Below are positions 1 through 11,080 of a stretch of 64,000 bases of DNA, one piece after another. Under the pieces are notes generated by a model. The model was given only the letters and a program-made list of their open reading frames with translations, did no database searches and was not told where the DNA came from. The stretch is taken from the NCBI RefSeq assembly GCF_036321535.1, contig NC_087447.1, forward strand, positions 52,330,001 to 52,394,000. Direction: 5' to 3'. A program made the position numbers and the translations under genes. The first letter of the stretch is position 1, and every line of letters starts with the position of its first letter. This DNA comes from Camelus dromedarius (lineage: Eukaryota).

Positions 1-519
1 AAGGCTCGGGGAAGCAACCTTCCTAAGGTCCTGTCGTACAGTAAGCAAGCAGCAGTGCTGGCCCGAAGCCTGGGTTTGTCAGGCCCCCTCTGCTCACAAC
101 CCCGTGCTGCTGTCCAGCCTCTGAGTCCTGCTGTGGTGCTGGGGACCTTCCCTTCAAGGGACTCCTGGGCAGCAGACAGTTCTAGTGGTGTTCACCATCC
201 CCGGGGCATCCCCCAGAGCCTGGGAGTCACTGCAGGGTGTGCCCGTCGCTCAGAGGGACCTCATTTCTCCTGATGGCAGGCCTTGCGACACAGCATGAGG
301 CAAACAGGCCCCGGGGTCAGGAGGGCCCGGGTCCATCACGCCCCGGCCCTCCCGCAGGGATCATCACCGGGATAATGGCTCTCCTCAGAGAAGCTGAAGT
401 ATCATCCCCAGATCATGCCACTGCTCTGCCCTCGACCGTCCAATGGCTTCAGAGGAATAAAACCAGTGTCCTTACTGGAGCCCACAAGCTCTGGCAGATC
501 TCCCCTCTGAGACCTCCCC

Positions 520-930
520 AACCTCATCTTCTGTGCTGCTGCACTTACACTGGCCTCCACGCTGTTTCTCCAACAGGCTAAGCCATTTGCCTGACTCACC
601 TTCCCCTGAATATCTGCACAGATCACTCCCTCCATTCGCCCCCTGACTGTAAGAGCTCCCACCCTGCTCTTCCTAATCACCCGCCTCTGCACTGCTCTAG
701 TTTTCTACGCAGCACTAGACGTGCGTACACATACACATATATGTATACATGGATATGTATGTGTATGTATGTGTATATGTATACAACGTCTGCATATTGT
801 GCTTTTTCCTAATGTAATTTACTCCCATGAGGGTAGAACCCTTATGTATCTTCCTCTGTGCCCATGTGCACAGAGTCTGGAAGACTGCCTGGTACATGGT
901 AGTAGGCACTCAAATAATATTTGCTGAATA
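520..930 (+). mobile_element. LINE L2 3' fragment
   Basis: Ends with ...gcctggtacatggtagtaggcactcaaataatatttgctgaata, a typical L2 3' terminus. Confidence 0.65.
717..791. repeat. Compound (CA/TA/TG) microsatellite forming an imperfect palindrome inside an L2 fragment
   Basis: agacgtgcgtacacatacacatatatg...tatgtgtatatgtatacaacgtct. Confidence 0.85.
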
Positions 931-2009
931 CTGCAGATGACAAGGTATACAAAGGGAAGTGTGTCCGGTACACAGCAGGTACACAGTTGGTGCTTAATTG
1001 AGGGTAGCACGCGTGATGTTTTATTATTATTTCCTCCATTCCCTGCATTTCAGGGGGCAATTTTCAGTCTTTCTATAGTCCATATGGCCCAGCATGAGCA
1101 GTCCCTAACTGCTCCTGTCGGGGGTGCCCAGGGATGGGTTCTTGCTGCCTCCCCAGGGCCGTGTGGCACACTCACCAGAACACCTGGGAGTCCGGCCCGC
1201 ATCACTAAGCTAGGACTGTGCTCTCAGAGAGTCAGATCTATACCTTAAGACTCACCAGAAACAAATAGATAAATATATTCAGAGAAAAAAAAGACAGAGG
1301 GTAAAGATCAAAATGTTCACAGTGGGGATTTCCCAGTGTCTGGATCAAGAGAGATACTTATTTTTAATTTTATAATTTAAGAGGAAATAGTTATTTAAAA
1401 AGAGAACGTGTAGACAATGATCTCCTAAAAATACAGATCTATTCGGACAAGGGAAGAGGCAGAACAAAGGGTCTCTAGAGAGAGAGAGAGAGCACACTAC
1501 ACGGTTTCCTGGAGGGGCGCCCACACCACGCTAATTTGGATGTTAATTACTTAGATCACGCAGGGATCTGGGGGGACAGCAGCACTTGCTGAAAATGCTG
1601 CCTATTTAGAATGCTACTGCTGCCTTGAAATAATGAACCTTACTCTGTGCTTTTTCAAAGCTGAGTTCTGGGTGTAATTATTAGGTCTCATCTGACTGAC
1701 GAGAAAACTAATATCCAGAGAGGCATGTGTCCTTCCCCATACCCACAGCGAGTCAGTGGCAGAGCTGAAACGAAAACCCAGGTGTCCTCCCAGTTCAAGG
1801 CTCCCCACTAAATGTCCCATCCCCCTCTGCCCCTAACACTCTGGGTTTCCAGTTCTTCTGAAACACAAAAGTTATGAGGATTTCCTGACGGGGTCCCTGA
1901 GCTGCTGAGCCCTCTGTGGGTCACAGTCCTGCAGAGTCTCCAGCTCACTGCTGCCAGGAGCTCAGATGTGGCCGCCAGATTCATCTGACCCTGACCCTGA
2001 CCCTGGATG

Positions 2010-2130
2010 GTGTTGCTAACTCAGTTCATAGATATGGAAACTGAGGCCCAGAGAGGTTAACTGACCGCCCAAGATCACACAGCCATGAAAAGCTAGGGAT
2101 GGGACTCAAACCCAGATCTCTCTCAGCCCC
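2010..2130 (-). mobile_element. MIR SINE fragment
   Basis: Core atagatatggaaactgaggcccagagaggttaactgaccgcccaagatcacacagc. Confidence 0.75.
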
Positions 2131-2944
2131 AGGCTGCCTGTCAGGAAAGACTTACCATGTGCTTGGAGAGGGAACTGCAGCCTGGTGCTGCACTGCTCTT
2201 AAAGCTCTTCTTCCAGAGGGGAGGAGACTGGCTCCCCTTGAGGCCTGAGAGGAGGTGCTGGGCTAGTCTCTGAGCTGACTGATGCAGGGGTTCCATCCCT
2301 CTGACCCAGGGCTGGCTGAGCTTGCCTCCCGAGGGCAGAAGAAATGGCCCTGGGGAAGGAAGCGGCTGGGAAGGTGTAGTGGCTAGCAGTTCTTCAGTAT
2401 TGCCCTGTTCACTGTCCTGGACCATGTTTCCACACACAAAGCCCTGGGACAGTCACCTGGTAGGGTAGGACAGGCAGGGATCACACCCCACATTTTGTAG
2501 CTGAGACCCCGAAGGTATGTGGGGCATCAGAGACTCGGCCAAGACCACACTTAGCGTTAGTTACTGAGCTGGCATTTGAACAAATGAATGAACAAAGAAA
2601 CAAAACTGGACCAGGTCTTCCAGGCCCATCCCATAATGGCACTCTATCTGAAAGGTGTTGACAGCTACTCACCTCCACTTCTACCTCCCCCCGGCCCCAA
2701 GCCCACAGGGAAAGTGCCACCTCCTATTCATGGAACCCAAGGTCCTCCTTCACTGATCCCCATTTACTGCCAACTCAACGGGGAAACCTCTGTGTTCTCA
2801 CTTCATCTGACCCTTAGCCATCTCTGCAAAATGCCAAGAACCCTTTTGGCCTTTGGACAACAGTCCCTCATCTCAGAATTCCTTTCTCCCCTGCAGATTC
2901 CTACTAATACATGCCCCAGAGTGCCACCTTTAACAATAAGGAAG

Positions 2945-3450
2945 GCGGCACTGGACAGTGGTTCGGGGCATAAGCTCTGGAACCAGCCTGCCTGGGTGCG
3001 GATCTTGGCCCCGGCACCCACCGGCTGTGGCTCCTCAGGCAAGTTCCTTAAGTTTTCTGTTCTTTAGATTCTTGATCTCATAAGTGTGGATGAGAGTAAG
3101 ACCACCTCCCCATGCGGAAGAGCTAAGATAGCCGTCCTGACTGCTCTCTTATCAGGTTGGCCCTTGGCTGGTGTCTGGGAACGTAGGTTTCAGGAGGGTT
3201 CCCACCACTGACTAATGAGATGGGCTGACTCACTGAGCCTAGACTATTTACAAAAACAATATGGTTTATGCTGAACACCTGCTTTCCTTCTGGGAGTCTG
3301 GATTTTGGGAACTTGCCAGGCAGGAGGTGTCCATGTGACCAGCCCCCGATAAAAACCCTGGGCACTGAGTCTGTAATGAGCTTCCCTGGTTGGAAGCTCA
3401 TTAGAGCACCCAGTAAGGGCCCTACAAGTGTTTGTTATGACTGTTACTCG
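2945..3450 (+). mobile_element. MIR interrupted by an LTR fragment
   Basis: 5' part (gctctggaaccagcctgcctgggtgcggatcttggc...ggcaagttccttaag) ends near 3110. A MIR-tail-like sequence resumes near 3396. Confidence 0.6.
3112..3395 (+). mobile_element. ERVL LTR fragment, MER68/MER21 family
   Basis: aggttggcccttggctggtgtctgggaac...caatatggtttatgctgaacacctgctttccttctgggagtctgga...gtgaccagcccccgataaaaaccctgggcactgagtct matches the recalled MER68 consensus; 3' truncated. Confidence 0.8.
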
Positions 3451-4559
3451 ATGCCTCCAAGCAGAGGGAGCAACACGCCCCTCTCTGCTGGGAGGCCTCC
3501 CCTCGTCGAAGCGTCATCCACAGAGCCCTGTCTGCATTCATTAATTTACGGGTCTGCCTCCCTCACTAGACCCTGAGCTTCTCATGCAGCAGAGGCTGCA
3601 TCTTATGCAGGTCATCACCAAATGACAGGGACGACTGTCCCTCCTGATCCCCTGTGATGCTCAGGGGCCCGCCTGGTGCACCAGAAGGTAACGTGTGCCA
3701 CTCTGGGAAGTACACCAAGGCTTGGCTGGAGACCATAGGATAGCCTCCCTGAGGGTGGGCAGGGCTGTTCCCCAATCTGAATGTGACCACAAAATGGGCC
3801 CCAGGCTCGCCGGCCAGGCCTGAGATGAGATGCAATAGAGCCGAGGTCTGGTGGCCTTCTGCTCCAGCTTCCCCTTCATCCAACAGGAGCCTGACGGGTC
3901 ATTAATCAGACAGTCCCTGGGAAATCAATTAAGCATCTGATGCTGCAGCGTGTGAAAGAAGTGGGTCAGGTTTTAGGGAACCCTGAACACATGGCTCCCA
4001 CCAGAGTGGACCACATTTGCACCTGCATGGCTTAAAGCAACATCATACCCCAGCTCTGGGGAGCACAGGTACACCTGATCTCCTCCTCCTGGGGGACCCT
4101 TGGGTGAGTGCCAGAGGCACAGAGGGTGCAGAGAAAGGAGCAGGTTAACCAAGTCCTCTCTCTCCTTCGTCCTTTTGCTAGCCTTCCTTTTCCTGCCCTG
4201 GGTCTGCAATCAAAATCCCTCTTGGTCATTCTACCAGCTGTTACAGTATTTGCTCAGCTATTTACTTTAGACTGTCAACAGAGACTCAGTCTGACAATTC
4301 GGGAAGGCCTGTGACTGTGTCTCTGGCATCAGGCAGTTCCCCGTGCTGGTGGAACTTGGCAAAGATGTTTAGGACAATGGCCTCAAACAGGCCCTGCTCC
4401 CTGGGGCTTTCAGGCCTTTGTTCAGGCTGTGCCTGCCTCTTGCAGGCCCCCTTTTCCTCCCCAGCTCTACCTGGGGCCTCCTGCCCACCCTTCAACTTGC
4501 AGCCGCACAGCACCAGGTTCACTGGGAAGTCTTCCCTTTGACCCCACTCAAGTCTCAGG

Positions 4560-4730
4560 TGAGTCTAGTTATTCACTCATTTGTTCCATCAGTCATTCCT
4601 TTATTTCACCTGTGTGTTACCACGCATCAAGCTCCCACCAGGTGGCCAGGCTGTGTTGTGTGCTGGGGATCCCGAGGCAATTAAACCACAACACGTTTCC
4701 TGTGCTCACCTCTATCCTACTGCAGTCTGT
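4560..4730 (-). mobile_element. LINE L2 3' fragment
   Basis: attcactcatttgttccatcagtcattcc...ccaggctgtgttgtgtgctggggat. Confidence 0.55.
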
Positions 4731-4887
4731 TCTCTTAAACGTCTCACCTGCTGGGCACACAGTAGGCATGGCATGAATATTTACTGGACAACAGGTACTA
4801 CGTGATAAGTAGTTTGAGCACTTATTGTGTGCTGAGACATTTTCAGGCATTATTTTATGTAGCTGCCCTAACAGCCTTACGAGGCAG

Positions 4888-5408
4888 TGTGGTAGATTTA
4901 AGGTGGATGAATATTCTTGGGCACCTCTCCCTTTGGGAAGTGGGGTCTCCTGGCCCTCCCTTGAAGCTGGCTTTGACCTACAGAATATGGCGGAAGTGAC
5001 ACTGTGCCAGTCCAGGCCAAGTCTTGAGGATGGCTTTCCGTCTCAGTGTCATGGAGCCCTTAGCTGCTGAGGATGAAGTACAACGCCCTGCAGGGAAGGC
5101 CATGTGGAGAGGCCCTGACACCACATTAGAAGGAGAGGGGCCCCGCCGAGCTCAGCTGTCCAGCTGCCTCCCCCAAGGTGTCAGGGTACGTGAGTGGATC
5201 CATCTCGGGTCCTTCAGACTAGCCCAGCCAACAGCCAAGCACCACTGACTGACCCCAGTCCAGCCCTCCCCACGTGGAGCAGAAGACCAGCCCAGCGGTG
5301 CTCTCCCTGAACTCCTGACTCACACTGTGGAGTAAAATCAACTGATTTTTTTTTTTAAACCAGTAAGTTTTGGAGTAGTCTGTTATGCAGCAAGAGATAA
5401 TCAGAACA
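4888..5408 (+). mobile_element. MaLR solo LTR (MLT1H-like) inserted in a minus-strand MIR
   Basis: TG...CA ends and the 3' end ttttaaaccagtaagttttggagtagtctgttatgcagcaagagataatcagaaca typical of MLT1. MIR sequence flanks both sides (4805-4887 and 5409-5530). Confidence 0.8.
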
Positions 5409-5734
5409 GGAATTCACTACTGTTTTCTCCCTTTTAGAGACAAAGCCTTATAAGCTCTAGGTCCGTAGCCAGTGAGCACTGGGGTGGGAGCTGAGCATAG
5501 GGTGTGTCTCACCCTAAAACCTGTGCTTGGAACAACTCGCCACAGTGACTGGACCATCACTTATGCCCTCAGTCCACCAGGGCCAAACCTCAAAGGAGAA
5601 AAGATGCAGAACCTGTGATTTCCTCTCAACTCCTCTGGTGAGTAGGAGCTGAATACATTTTTTTTTTTTTGAATGACTCTTTTCTTCACAGGATTGATAT
5701 GGGCAGCAGATATATAATGGGGAAAAAAGGAAAC

Positions 5735-5930
5735 AGCTTTTATAGAATGTCTTTTAATGCCAGGCACTGTGCTGTGTGTCTCTCATATATTTCATTTACT
5801 CCCAACCTGAGAGGCATGAATTCTTATCCCAGTTTATAGAAGGAGACATCAAGGAAGTGGCCCAGCTAGGAAGTGTTAAAGCCAAGGGAAGAAATCCAGG
5901 TCCATCTAATCTAAAGCCCACATCTTTTCC
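5735..5930 (-). mobile_element. MIR SINE
   Basis: tgccaggcactgtgctg...ttatcccagtttatagaaggag...aaatccaggtccatctaatctaaagccca. Confidence 0.65.
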
Positions 5931-6125
5931 ACCTCACCAAGCTGGCTACAATTACTTGTGATTCTGTCGGTCAGACTTGACATCAATCCCTCTTTTAAAC
6001 TACACCTTGTTGGTTTTACGCCATCAACCAGTTGCTATTAGGATCCAGAATTCTGATTGTTATCCACTGTATCAGGAACCTCTCCCAACTTTAGGCTATC
6101 TTTACTTATTTATTTCTTTCTTTTG

Positions 6126-6175
6126 CAGGCAGACATCATTTTATTGCTTTGCTTTATTATGCTTCACAGATATTT
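6126..6175 (+). mobile_element. Tigger1-like terminal fragment (TcMar DNA transposon)
   Basis: caggcagacatcattttattgctttgctttattatgcttcacagatatt resembles the Tigger1 5' end CAGGCATACCTCGTTTTATTGCGCTTCGCTTTATTGCGCTTCGCAGATATT. Confidence 0.65.
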
Positions 6176-6380
6176 AAGCTATATTTAGATGCACAGAACT
6201 CTGGGGTCACAGAGGAAGCCTTCCCTGAACATTTCATTTGGGTCCTCGAATAAGTAGGACTCGGCTAGACCAAGAAGCGAGGAGGGCAACTCCCATAGAG
6301 AATTGTGCAAAGGCACAGAAGCATGAAAGGCCCAAGGATTTGGTGGAATACTGATAAATAAATACACATATACTGAATAT

Positions 6381-6383
<3 letters not shown>

Positions 6384-6419
<36 letters not shown>
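6384..6419. repeat. (AT)18 microsatellite
   Basis: Perfect dinucleotide run. Confidence 0.95.
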
Positions 6420-6422
<3 letters not shown>

Positions 6423-7624
6423 GTTATATACATGTATAGATATACACAAGATGGTGTGTATGAGTATATGCCGACATGTTAACAACGGTTACCACTTGGT
6501 GGTAGATGGGGGTGAGTTTCTTTTCTTTCTTATTTCCATTTCCTAACTGTTCTACAGAGTAATAAAGTATAAGAGAAAAAGAAAACAAAGTTCCATGTGG
6601 TTTGAGTAATGGAGGTGGGAGGAGAGAGGGTCAGATAGGCACATGAGCACTGGCTGAGGAAGCAAGAAAGGAAAGCTGGGACCACCTTCGCATCCCGAAC
6701 TAACCCTCAGGATAACGTCCCAGCTGCTGGTCCTTTATTTTCCTGTCCTTGAAAAACCTGGAGAACCACCTACTTTGATCCTACGTGAGAAAAATGAACA
6801 TCCAAGCAGAGGGAGTGGTTGCCACACTCCATGCAGAGAATCAGAACAATTGATTACTTGCTGGCTTCTATTGACCACGTGCATTCATTCAATAAATGCA
6901 ATGGAAATAATGGAGAACTGATTAAGCTACTCTGGGTGGGGAGACATACAATTAGCCAACTCTTGTCAGTGACGAGAGCAAAGGAGGCATGTAGGGAAAA
7001 GTCACACATTATTTTAAAGGTTGTCAACAGAAACATATTAATTAAGAGACTGGGGCAGTTTGGGCCATACCTCTGAGAAATTTGCTTGTAGAAAAATGAT
7101 TCTAAAGGAGTAAAATGGCATGAAAGGATGCTGATTTCTCTCACCTGACCCCACTAATTCACTATGGGAATATCACAGCAGAGTCAGATGGGTACACTTT
7201 CCATGTACAGTTTAATTTCATTTCCTTAAATGTGGTATGACTTTTTTTTCTCTTCCCAGGGAAAGAACAGGAGTTTGATAAAATAAAATCTCTATTTCCC
7301 ACTACTATGAGAAATAGGGTAGAAGAGTAAGAGGTTCCAATTGTCCAGCCTGGGATACTTCCTCCTGCTTAGAGAAAGTAGATAAAGGCCATGTCCCCCA
7401 AAGTCAACAGTGCTTATCTTGGAGTGTTATATCTTTCTGCATTTTCTCTATGAGTTTGTATGGTTTTTTAAATTTAAAAAAAATCATTTCTATTTGGGAA
7501 AAATAGTGGCTTCGGGAAGGAAGATGGCTACAAACTGAGGCTGACTGCAATCCCTGAGCTGAAAGAAGCATTCTAGGAGGCTGGAAGAAGAGAGAGGCAG
7601 AGGGGTTCAGGCCAGAAGGTGGTG

Positions 7625-7830
7625 GTGGTGTAGGGAGACAGCACTGCACCAGGAAGCCAGGCAACCTGGGTTCAAATCTCAGCTATACTTGGACTGCCTG
7701 TGTGACCCGAACTAGCCACCTACCCTCTCTGAGTCTCAGTTTCCAAATCTCTCAAATGGGAACACAACAGTTATACTATTTCATAAAGTTGTGAGGATAT
7801 CTTATCTCACATATGAAAGCCTCTGTAACC
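7625..7830 (+). mobile_element. MIR SINE
   Basis: cctgggttcaaatctcagct...ctctctgagtctcagtttccaaatctctcaaatggg. Confidence 0.75.
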
Positions 7831-8199
7831 AAAACTCGGATGTATCCGTGATAGGGATGGTTAGGGCTTTGGAGACAGAGGGGATAGGCCAGCAGGGGAG
7901 GAGGAGAGGAGGTGAGGGTAGATGGCCTTGACCCAGCACCCATCACAGTCCAGGCAGGCACCATGCCAGGTAGAGTGTGACCAAGTCACAGTAGGGAACG
8001 CCAGAGGGATGGGCCCAAATCAAACCCTGGAAGCCTGCTCTCTGCCACACACCAGTACCAGCCCTGTTAACACACATCAGCTCTCCTTCACTGTTACAGC
8101 AGTGCTTTCCAGAGAGCTGCATCCCCTTAGTGTAGAAAGTGAGGCACAGAGCGGGTCAGCAACTTGACCAAGGCCATACCTTCAGTGAGCAGCAGGCTA

Positions 8200-8780
8200 G
8201 CCCTGAACATCCAGCCCCAGCTCTTTCCCCCGACTTCCCACGGCCCTTCTCTCCCGCAGCCTGAGCACCGCACCTCTATGCTGTGGCCCCAGCCGCGACC
8301 CCAGCTCTGGTGCCAGGCCAAGGAGCCGGCACACAGCAGGTCCGCACCAGAACCCGGGCTCGCAGCCCAGCCACCCGCCCCGCGCGCCCTGCACGCCCCG
8401 CACCTGGTCTCCAGCGGGATGTTGCTGTTGAGCAGCCAGTTGTCCTGGACGTGGGCCGGCTCCTGCGCGCTGCCAGCCACCGGCTCTCCGGAGAGCGAGT
8501 GGTCCGTGGGGGCCGGGCTGGGATTGCTCCTTGGCGTGAAGTTGCCCCGGTTCAGGGAGTTCACAGAGGCCGCGTGGTGCTGGTTGGGGGTGTGGGCGTG
8601 CGAGAGCGGCGGCGGCGGCGTCCGGAGCCGCGAGTGGTTCTGCAGGCCGCCCGGGTGATCTAAGGGCACAAACACGCGCGGTCAGCGGGGCACCGGGCAG
8701 CGCGGCTGCGGGAGGGCCCCACGGGGACCGCGCGGGAGCAGCTGGGCCTGCCGCCGGCACTGGCGAACTGGACACGGTCA
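8200..8780. promoter_or_regulatory. Intragenic CpG-island-like patch spanning the 256-bp exon
   Basis: High GC and dense CpG (cgcgcg, ggcggcggcg, ccgcgcggg) extending into both flanking introns, unlike the CpG-poor surroundings. Confidence 0.7.
8404..8659 (-). CDS. TENM4: Teneurin-4 intracellular-domain coding exon (256 bp, phase 1-2)
   Basis: Branch point-like CTGAC (A at 8682), acceptor gtgtttgtgcccttag|AT CAC CCG and donor GAG ACC AG|gtgcgg. Encodes (D)[84 protein letters not shown](R), including the teneurin-conserved [12 protein letters not shown] motif. Confidence 0.97.
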
Positions 8781-9345
8781 TGCATTCAATAAACATTCAC
8801 TTGACGGTCATTCATTGAGCACCTACTATTCTAGGTGCTGGGGATACATCAACGAACAAAGCAGAAAATTTTAGTGAAAGACAATAAACAAGGTTAAAAA
8901 AAAAAAAAAAAAAAAAGGAAAAAGAGTACCCTCCCATGTCCCCAACCTCACGCTGTTTTAGACACTTTAGGGTTATGGCCGGAACCAGGAGCTTCAACAT
9001 CACCTGGGAATTTGTTAGAAATGAAAATTCTTGGGCCCTGCCCCAGACTTACTGAACCATGAACCCTTGGGAGGGGCCCAGCAATCTGATCGCACAAACT
9101 CTCCAGGTGATTCTAATGTTTGCTAAAACTTGAGAATCACTAATTAAATATAGTGGGCCACAGCAAATGAAACAAGCAGGATACATCTGAGATGGTGATA
9201 TATCTGAGAACACATGAAGCTGGGAAGGGGACTGTGGCCTGTGTAAGTGGGGGCAGTGGTGGAACTTTAGATCGGATGGCCAGTGATGGCCTCAGGGAGA
9301 AGGTGATTTCTGAGTAAAGAGAGTGAGCCATGCTGGTGTCTAGGG
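8780..9345 (-). mobile_element. LINE L2 fragment interrupted by MER5A
   Basis: cattcattgagcacctactattctaggtgctggggatac... resumes after 9142 with ...ggcctcagggagaaggtgatttctgagtaaag. Confidence 0.7.
8951..9141 (+). mobile_element. MER5A (hAT-Charlie non-autonomous element)
   Basis: catcacctgggaatttgttagaaatgaaaattcttgggccctgccccagacttactgaa...ctccaggtgattctaatgtttgctaaaacttgagaatcact. Confidence 0.85.
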
Positions 9346-9354
9346 GAATTAAAA

Positions 9355-9615
9355 ACCACCGCTAATATTTATGGAGCACTTACTATGTGCTAGGCACTCT
9401 TCTGAGCCCTCTACCTGTGTTAATTCATCTAATCCTCATAATTTACTACTGAGCAGGTACTGTTTGTATCCCCATTTTACAGATGAGGGAATTAAGATAA
9501 ATATATTTACTCTTTCAACTACTTGGAGCAATAGGTATTATTTTCTTCAAATTTATAGATGAAAAACTTAAAGCAGGTAGGTGAAGTGCCCTACCCAAGG
9601 GCATGTGGCTAAGTG
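9355..9615 (-). mobile_element. MIR SINE(s)
   Basis: gagcacttactatgtgctaggcact...aatcctcataat...ccccattttacagatgaggg. Confidence 0.8.
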
Positions 9616-9823
9616 GATATTACCCACAAAGAAATAGTTTCTATTTCTTCTATTTGTGATGCCACAAATGAGGTTAAGTCCTGGAGGTAAATCTTAAGTA
9701 CCATTCACATAAGCTATGCTCATGGAAAGTCTAGGCTTTGGAAACTAAGGATATTATGGGGGTGAAGAGGTCAGAAAACTGGATTCTATTCTAGATTCTG
9801 TCACTTATTAACCACATGGCCAC

Positions 9824-11080
9824 TGTTGTGGACGGCGTGTTTGTCTCTCCAAAATTCACATGTGGAAACCCTAGTCCCAAATGTCATAGTATTTGCAGGT
9901 GGGGTGTGGGGGAGGTAACCAGGTTGAGATGAGGACAGGAGGGCGCAGTCTTCGTGATGGGATTAGTGCCCCTGGAAGAACAGACTAGAGAGCTCACTCT
10001 CCCTCTTTGTCTCTGGGCCACGTGAGAACACGGCAAGACAGTGGCCCTCTGCAAACTAGGAAGAGACCTCTCGTCAGACACTGAATCTGCCAGCACCTTG
10101 TTCTTGGACTTCCCACTTCCCAGCCTCCAGAACTGTGAGAAATAAATGTTTGTTTAAGCCACTCAGTCTCTGGTAGTTTGTTTCAGAAGCCCAAGCTGAC
10201 TGAGACAGAAATTGGTACCCAAAAGTGTGATGATGCTGTAACAAATATCTAAAACATGTAGAAGCAGCTTTGGAACTGGGTAACGGGTAGAGTCTACATG
10301 CTAGGAAAAGCCTATATTGCTGTGGAGGGACTGTTACATGTGATTCTGGTGAGAGTTAAGGGGAAAAAAAAGAGAAATGTAGAGAAAGCTTCCATCTTCT
10401 TAGAGAAAACATAAATAATTATGTACAGAATATTGATTGATAGAGCTGGACATTAAGGGCAATTCTGATGAGGTCTCAGAAATGAGCATGTTCTTGGACA
10501 ATGGAGAAAAGGCAGTCCTTGTTACTTGGTGGCAAAGAACTTGGCTGAATTGTGTTCATGTTCTAGTGTTTTGTGGAAAGTAGAAATTGTGAGCAATGAA
10601 ATGAGATATTTCACTGAGGAGATTCGGAAGCCAAGTGTTGAAGGAGTGGCTTGGTTCCTCCTGGCAGCTTAGAGTAAAATGAAAGAAGAGAGAAATGAAT
10701 TGAAGAAAGAACTGTTAAGCAAAAAGAAACCATAACTTAAAGACCTGAAAAATTCTCAGCCTACCCATACTGCAAAAAATGAGATAGCATAGACGGAAGA
10801 GAATAGCAAAGGTGGGGTGACTGACCATTTGATGAGATGACCATGGCTGGGAACCAGGGATCTCGTCAGCCACCCTAGAAGGAACACTGCAATCTGAACC
10901 AAAGGGGATGGAGACAGAATGAAAGACATCTGTCAAGCTTAGATTCTACAGGACAGGACGACAAAGCTATTTCACTTTGAATTTACGATATTCTTCAAGA
11001 AAAGGGAAGACTGTCCCTGAAGGTGATTTAGAGGTCATCAGGGCTACTGCCACAGTTTCAGAAGGCCTAAATCTAAGACA
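9824..11080 (+). mobile_element. MaLR element: full MLT1A-like LTR (9824-10207), internal region and probable 3'-LTR stub
   Basis: The LTR runs TG...gactgagaCA and contains cagcctccagaactgtgagaaataaa. It is followed by gaaattggtacc...gcagctttggaactgggtaacggg, the MaLR internal start, and ends at ctaagaca (11080). It interrupts a plus-strand MIR. Confidence 0.85.

Noticed and set aside
1..8403. Next TENM4 exon (recalled as NLGKQPFLGTLQDNL... or HFLFK...)
   Set aside because: I found no matching sequence in the window; it presumably lies beyond position 1.
8164..8796. Overlapping long ORFs (8164..8658 +, 8283..8663 +, 8197..8796 -)
   Set aside because: These are shadow frames of a GC-rich exon and CpG patch. 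Only the frame in 8127..8675 matches teneurin and is bounded by splice sites.
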